From a virus: a stretch of 64,000 bases of DNA. The translations under genes were made by a program, and so were the position numbers. Where the stretch lies: positions 31,279-95,278 of the IMG/VR virus record IMGVR_UViG_3300021376_002797; one strand, given 5' to 3'. Under the pieces are notes generated by a model that worked only from the letters and a program-made list of their open reading frames with translations, was not told where the DNA came from and searched no databases. Positions 60,206-64,000 of the stretch are shown in pieces (within the stretch, counting starts at the first letter, position 1; the number at the start of each line of letters is the position of its first letter).

Positions 60206-60421
60206 TCAACATGACGGAATTAAAACGGGGTCGCGGTGTTCTTGTGACGAATCACTCAATAATGACTCGTTTGTATATGCCCCCCACAACAACACCCCGC
60301 CCGCCACGATAAACACAACCGAAAACTCCCGGTCGCTTGGATATTCCCGTATAAATAAAAACAGCGCCGTGAGGAAAAGCACAAGGAATGCGACCACCGA
60401 TACGATGCGTTTCACCTCCAT
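60206..60421 (-). CDS. small two-TM membrane protein
   Basis: MEVKRIVSVVAFLVLFLTALFLF..FSVVFIVAGGVLLWG; same elevated GC as the rhodopsin gene. Confidence 0.6.
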   Translation of the reverse strand: MEVKRIVSVVAFLVLFLTALFLFIREYPSDREFSVVFIVAGGVLLWGAYTNESLLSDSSQEHRDPVLIPSC

Positions 60422-60475
60422 TCTGTAATACAACGATATATTTTTTTTGACTCCGCTGATTCCATTCCATTCCAT

Positions 60476-60496
60476 TAAGCGAAATCAAATCAAGAC
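60476..60496 (+). repeat. exact 21-bp direct repeat, copy 2
   Basis: TAAGCGAAATCAAATCAAGAC. Confidence 0.9.
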
Positions 60497-61287
60497 AAAG
60501 AGAAAATAGTTCCTTTACAGACTGGACACTCAAATTTTTTATTGAATTTTGAATAACATTCAGAGCAAGTAACATTGTGATTACATGGATTGAATGTTAA
60601 ATTTTTTTTATTTGAATAACACATGATGCATTGTTCCTCTTGATCATTTGTCTTTTCCAAGATTAAATTGGCAGGTAAAGATAATGCGCATGTTGGATTA
60701 TTGGAACTATTGGAACTAACAACAATTACGCCAACATCCATTGTCATCCTATTGTAAAATCCACGATATCCTAAACGGGCTGATTCATTATCACAAATTC
60801 TTACTCTTGTTGAATCGGTTCTTTCATAGTAAACACTATTATTTTCATTTCTTGAAATACTGAATATGATATTCGGTTGTAAATTATCAATCTCTATTTC
60901 TGTTATATCCCTTGCATGAGGTGGATATGCTAGAGGTGTTGAATATTTGGAAACATATGTTTTTTTCTGTTTATCATCGTACATAAAATCATAATATGCC
61001 CAAACTTGATAATTTCTCGCTGAATGCCAATCAACTGGATTCATATCAAGTAAAAATACTTGAACATCATCAAAATCTGCTATTGGTAGAACAATACTTC
61101 CATCACTAATGTATGTTGGCAAATATGGATCGTTGTATTTTCTATAAACTGACAGTTCATTTGTGGTTACAGGTGTTTGTGGATAATGTGTTGTTATATT
61201 TACTCTATTTTTGAAATTTTTAAAAGCTTGTATTTGATCAGGATTTGCATGTTGCCATGCTCCGTTTTGTTTTATTTTTATTTGCAT
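60490..61287 (-). CDS. C3HC4 RING-finger protein (eukaryote/NCLDV-type E3 ligase candidate)
   Basis: CIMC..PCNH..CSEC..CPVC. Confidence 0.85.
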   Translation of the reverse strand: MQIKIKQNGAWQHANPDQIQAFKNFKNRVNITTHYPQTPVTTNELSVYRKYNDPYLPTYISDGSIVLPIADFDDVQVFLLDMNPVDWHSARNYQVWAYYDFMYDDKQKKTYVSKYSTPLAYPPHARDITEIEIDNLQPNIIFSISRNENNSVYYERTDSTRVRICDNESARLGYRGFYNRMTMDVGVIVVSSNSSNNPTCALSLPANLILEKTNDQEEQCIMCYSNKKNLTFNPCNHNVTCSECYSKFNKKFECPVCKGTIFSLS

Positions 61288-61377
61288 AATATTAATAATA
61301 TTTATAATTAATTATTGTTTAAATCAATTATAATCAAAAAAATTACAACAAATAAATGCACTTTCCGTCGTAATCAA

Positions 61378-61761
61378 TTACAGAATGGTGAATGACTTCT
61401 CTTCAAATATTGCACTATGAGTAATTTGGTTAATCCGGTGTTTGATTCTCATTCGTTCATCATTTGTTTTATAAACGCCACGTGCAAGTTCAATGAAACA
61501 CTCGTCAAATACTCTTACTCTTTCTTTTTCTCTAATATCATCCTCAATTTTCCAAAGTTTTTTGTTTATCATTAGCAATGCTTCAAGTTCATTTTTAACT
61601 TCAGGGAATGTATTGATGATTTCTTTTACCAATTCACTCATGTTGTTTAATTCTTTTGCAACATTCTTTTTTTGTGATGCATTTTCTATTTTTTCAATCT
61701 TTATATTCAAAATACTGTATTTATCTATTATTTCTCCATATGAAGTTAAAACATAAGCCAT
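61378..61761 (-). CDS. DUF6165-like protein
   Basis: SYGEIIDKYSILNIK, NKKLWKIEDDIREKE, ARGVYKTNDER, EEKSF. Confidence 0.7.
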   Translation of the reverse strand: MAYVLTSYGEIIDKYSILNIKIEKIENASQKKNVAKELNNMSELVKEIINTFPEVKNELEALLMINKKLWKIEDDIREKERVRVFDECFIELARGVYKTNDERMRIKHRINQITHSAIFEEKSFTIL

Positions 61762-61825
61762 TTAACTTCATTCGCACAATATTTTTAAATTGTTTTGAAT
61801 ATTTATCCCTATTACAATTTAATTT

Positions 61826-62005
61826 TTATATGCCGTTGATCATTTCAAAATGAGCAATGTGGTCGGTGATTTCATACCGGGCTATGTCGTTGTTCCATTG
61901 GCCCACAATTCGTTTGGTCACCGGATCATGCAGCGTAGAGAAAGTGTGGTCAGGCAACTTGCAAATATCGTAATTGATGCCGTTGATTTGAAGAGGATAG
62001 TACAT
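61826..62005 (-). pseudogene. short higher-GC coding fragment
   Basis: YYPLQINGINYDICKLPDH..DPVTKRIVGQW; GC rises sharply relative to flanks. Confidence 0.35.
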
Positions 62006-62522
62006 TCCAAATGATAAAATATTTTCAGAAGTAATAAAATTATTAAATTGATATAATATAAATGAAAGAAAAAATATTTTATGAAATATCTGCAATTAAT
62101 TTTGATGATGATAAAATTATTTATAAAAATTATAATTCATTAATGATACACAGTGGAATGGGGGGCAATGAGATTTGCTGGATTTCGTAGAGAAATCTCA
62201 TATTCTTTACAAGAGGATGATATAACAGAAATTCCAAATGAATTTTATAAAGAAAAAGTTGTTCCAAAGAATGATTTGATTTGTGGAATTTCACAGGAAG
62301 TGATAATATTTGGATTGGATATACCAAAAAAGGTTCAGTGTATTCAGCCATAATATCATGCCATGAACTAAATAAAAGAGTGTTTGATATTACTTACACT
62401 GACAAATTTATGTGGAATAACTTTATTAAATTAAGTTAAAAATAATTTACTTATCACATAACCTCTAAAAATATCTATATAAAATTAATATTTAAAGAAA
62501 ATTTATAATAATAAATATATTA

Positions 62523-63137
62523 ATGAATTTTCCAATTGAAGTAAATTTATATAATAACACACATATAATAGTTATAGATGATATAAAATTTGATTTAATT
62601 TGTCTTTTAGGAATTGAAGATGAAGATAAAAATGATATTAAAGATGATTTTTTTATAAATAAATGTTTTGGTAATAATATTACTAAAGAAGAACTAATAA
62701 TAGAATATGATAAATTATATAAAATATATAAAGTTTTTCAGTTTAAATTTGATATTTTAACAGATAAAGTATTATTAAACGATATAATTAAACGTAATCT
62801 ATATGAATTTAAAGAAAATTTTTATATCAAAAAATATACAAATAAATGGTATTTATATGAAATTAATGATACCATCGTATTTTATCCAAATGGAATAAAA
62901 AAAATTGGCATAAATAAGTTTTTATGTTATAATAATAAATATTATTATGTATCTCACATTGATGATTATTCATTAACAGAATTGATTAAAAAACTAAATG
63001 ATAATGATAGTTGTTTAATTTACGAAGATAATCAAGGTCATGGAATAGATGTATCTTCAAAAGATTATGGTTTATTATTTTCTACTTTCCCTGGTACTGT
63101 AGAAGAATTTAATGAGTATTTTACAGCAATTGATTAA
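62523..63137 (+). CDS. hypothetical protein (very AT-rich)
   Basis: 204-aa ORF. Confidence 0.6.
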   Translation: MNFPIEVNLYNNTHIIVIDDIKFDLICLLGIEDEDKNDIKDDFFINKCFGNNITKEELIIEYDKLYKIYKVFQFKFDILTDKVLLNDIIKRNLYEFKENFYIKKYTNKWYLYEINDTIVFYPNGIKKIGINKFLCYNNKYYYVSHIDDYSLTELIKKLNDNDSCLIYEDNQGHGIDVSSKDYGLLFSTFPGTVEEFNEYFTAID

Positions 63138-63181
63138 GACTATTCTATCTTTACACCTTTGCACATTTAAAATGCTCATTT

Positions 63182-63688
63182 TTATATTATATTTTTTAAA
63201 AAATTAATAATTTGTGATGAAGTAGATAAAGTGTATTTTAATTCTGTGACATAATTATTATAATCAATATTATATTCTTTTTTTAAATCTTCTATATTTT
63301 TAAAATTAGATGGCAATTTATTTTTATTAAAATTTAAAATTATATTATTTTTATTTTTACAAATATAATTTAATAATCTTGTATTATATTGTATAAATAA
63401 TTGTTTTAGAGATATCTTTATAAAAAATTTAAAATTTGTTTTTAGTGGATAAATAATTAATTTATTATTTATATAAATATCTAAATAACCAACTAATAAA
63501 TTTATTTTATTTTCATCAAGTTTATTAATTTTATTATCAATAAATTTTATAAATTCCTTATTATTTTTAATTTTTTTTTTAAATTCTTCAGTCCAATCAT
63601 CTAAATCAATTACATTATAATCTTTTTTAAATAAATTTCCAATATAAGTTTTACCTGAACCAGATGTTCCAGCAATATGAATTATCAT
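63182..63688 (-). CDS. P-loop kinase-like protein
   Basis: IHIAGTSGSGKT, IDLDD. Confidence 0.75.
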   Translation of the reverse strand: MIIHIAGTSGSGKTYIGNLFKKDYNVIDLDDWTEEFKKKIKNNKEFIKFIDNKINKLDENKINLLVGYLDIYINNKLIIYPLKTNFKFFIKISLKQLFIQYNTRLLNYICKNKNNIILNFNKNKLPSNFKNIEDLKKEYNIDYNNYVTELKYTLSTSSQIINFLKNII

Positions 63689-63858
63689 TATATAATTATA
63701 TATTTTATATTTTTTTGAAAATAGCTGTAATTAAATTGAAATAAATATTAATAATAATAATAACAAACAATCATTATGTCAAACGAAGTAATAAAACAAA
63801 TAAACCAAATTAACCTAAAAAATTGAATATTTTAACAACTAAAAAAAGAAAGAATAAA

Positions 63859-64000
63859 ATGGAACCAAAATACGTTGAAAATTTGTCAGAGCCGTGGTTT
63901 ACACTAATCCAACTTGGATTGAAGACAGCTGAAGGAAGAAGAAACAAAGGAATATTTAAAGAGATGAAAGTCGGTGATATTATTGAGTGGAAAAATGATG
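63859..64000 (+). CDS. ASCH-domain protein, 3'-truncated by window
   Basis: MEPKYVENLSEPWFTLIQLGLKTAEGRRNKG..KVGDII (GxKxxExR); AAAATTGA at 63819-63826. Confidence 0.75.
   Translation, partial: MEPKYVENLSEPWFTLIQLGLKTAEGRRNKGIFKEMKVGDIIEWKND

Overview
Positions 1 to about 59.4 kb are a low-GC segment of a large T4-like (myovirus-type) phage. Several features point to a Bacteroidetes host: TAnnTTTG/TTTG promoters, A-rich start regions without Shine-Dalgarno sites, signal peptides followed by Gln, and a Bacteroidetes-type bS21. The segment contains: (i) Gly-X-Ser fibre genes next to a glycosyl-, methyl- and heptosyltransferase cassette; (ii) an accessory region (9-20 kb) with a tmRNA carrying an unusual tag, a ClpC-type ATPase split into two genes by an atypically split intein in Walker A, and four convergent pairs of a conserved-leader protein and a signal-peptide protein; (iii) the head module (TerL, portal, bS21, prohead protease, scaffold, major capsid protein), an HNH endonuclease, baseplate genes and a gp55-like sigma factor; (iv) a ~16 kb surface-glycan cluster (PhoH, gmd/fcl, NeuB/NeuA/HAD, FdtA/FdtB, GT10, GT11, GT2, GT4, methyltransferases). 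From about 57.1 kb in part, and from 59.4 kb entirely, the sequence is a patchwork of giant-virus-like (NCLDV) genes and fragments. These include a group I viral rhodopsin flanked by an exact 21-bp direct repeat, a RING finger protein and an ASCH protein. This part is either real cross-domain capture or, quite possibly, an assembly chimera. All family assignments come from motif recognition by eye, not database searches.
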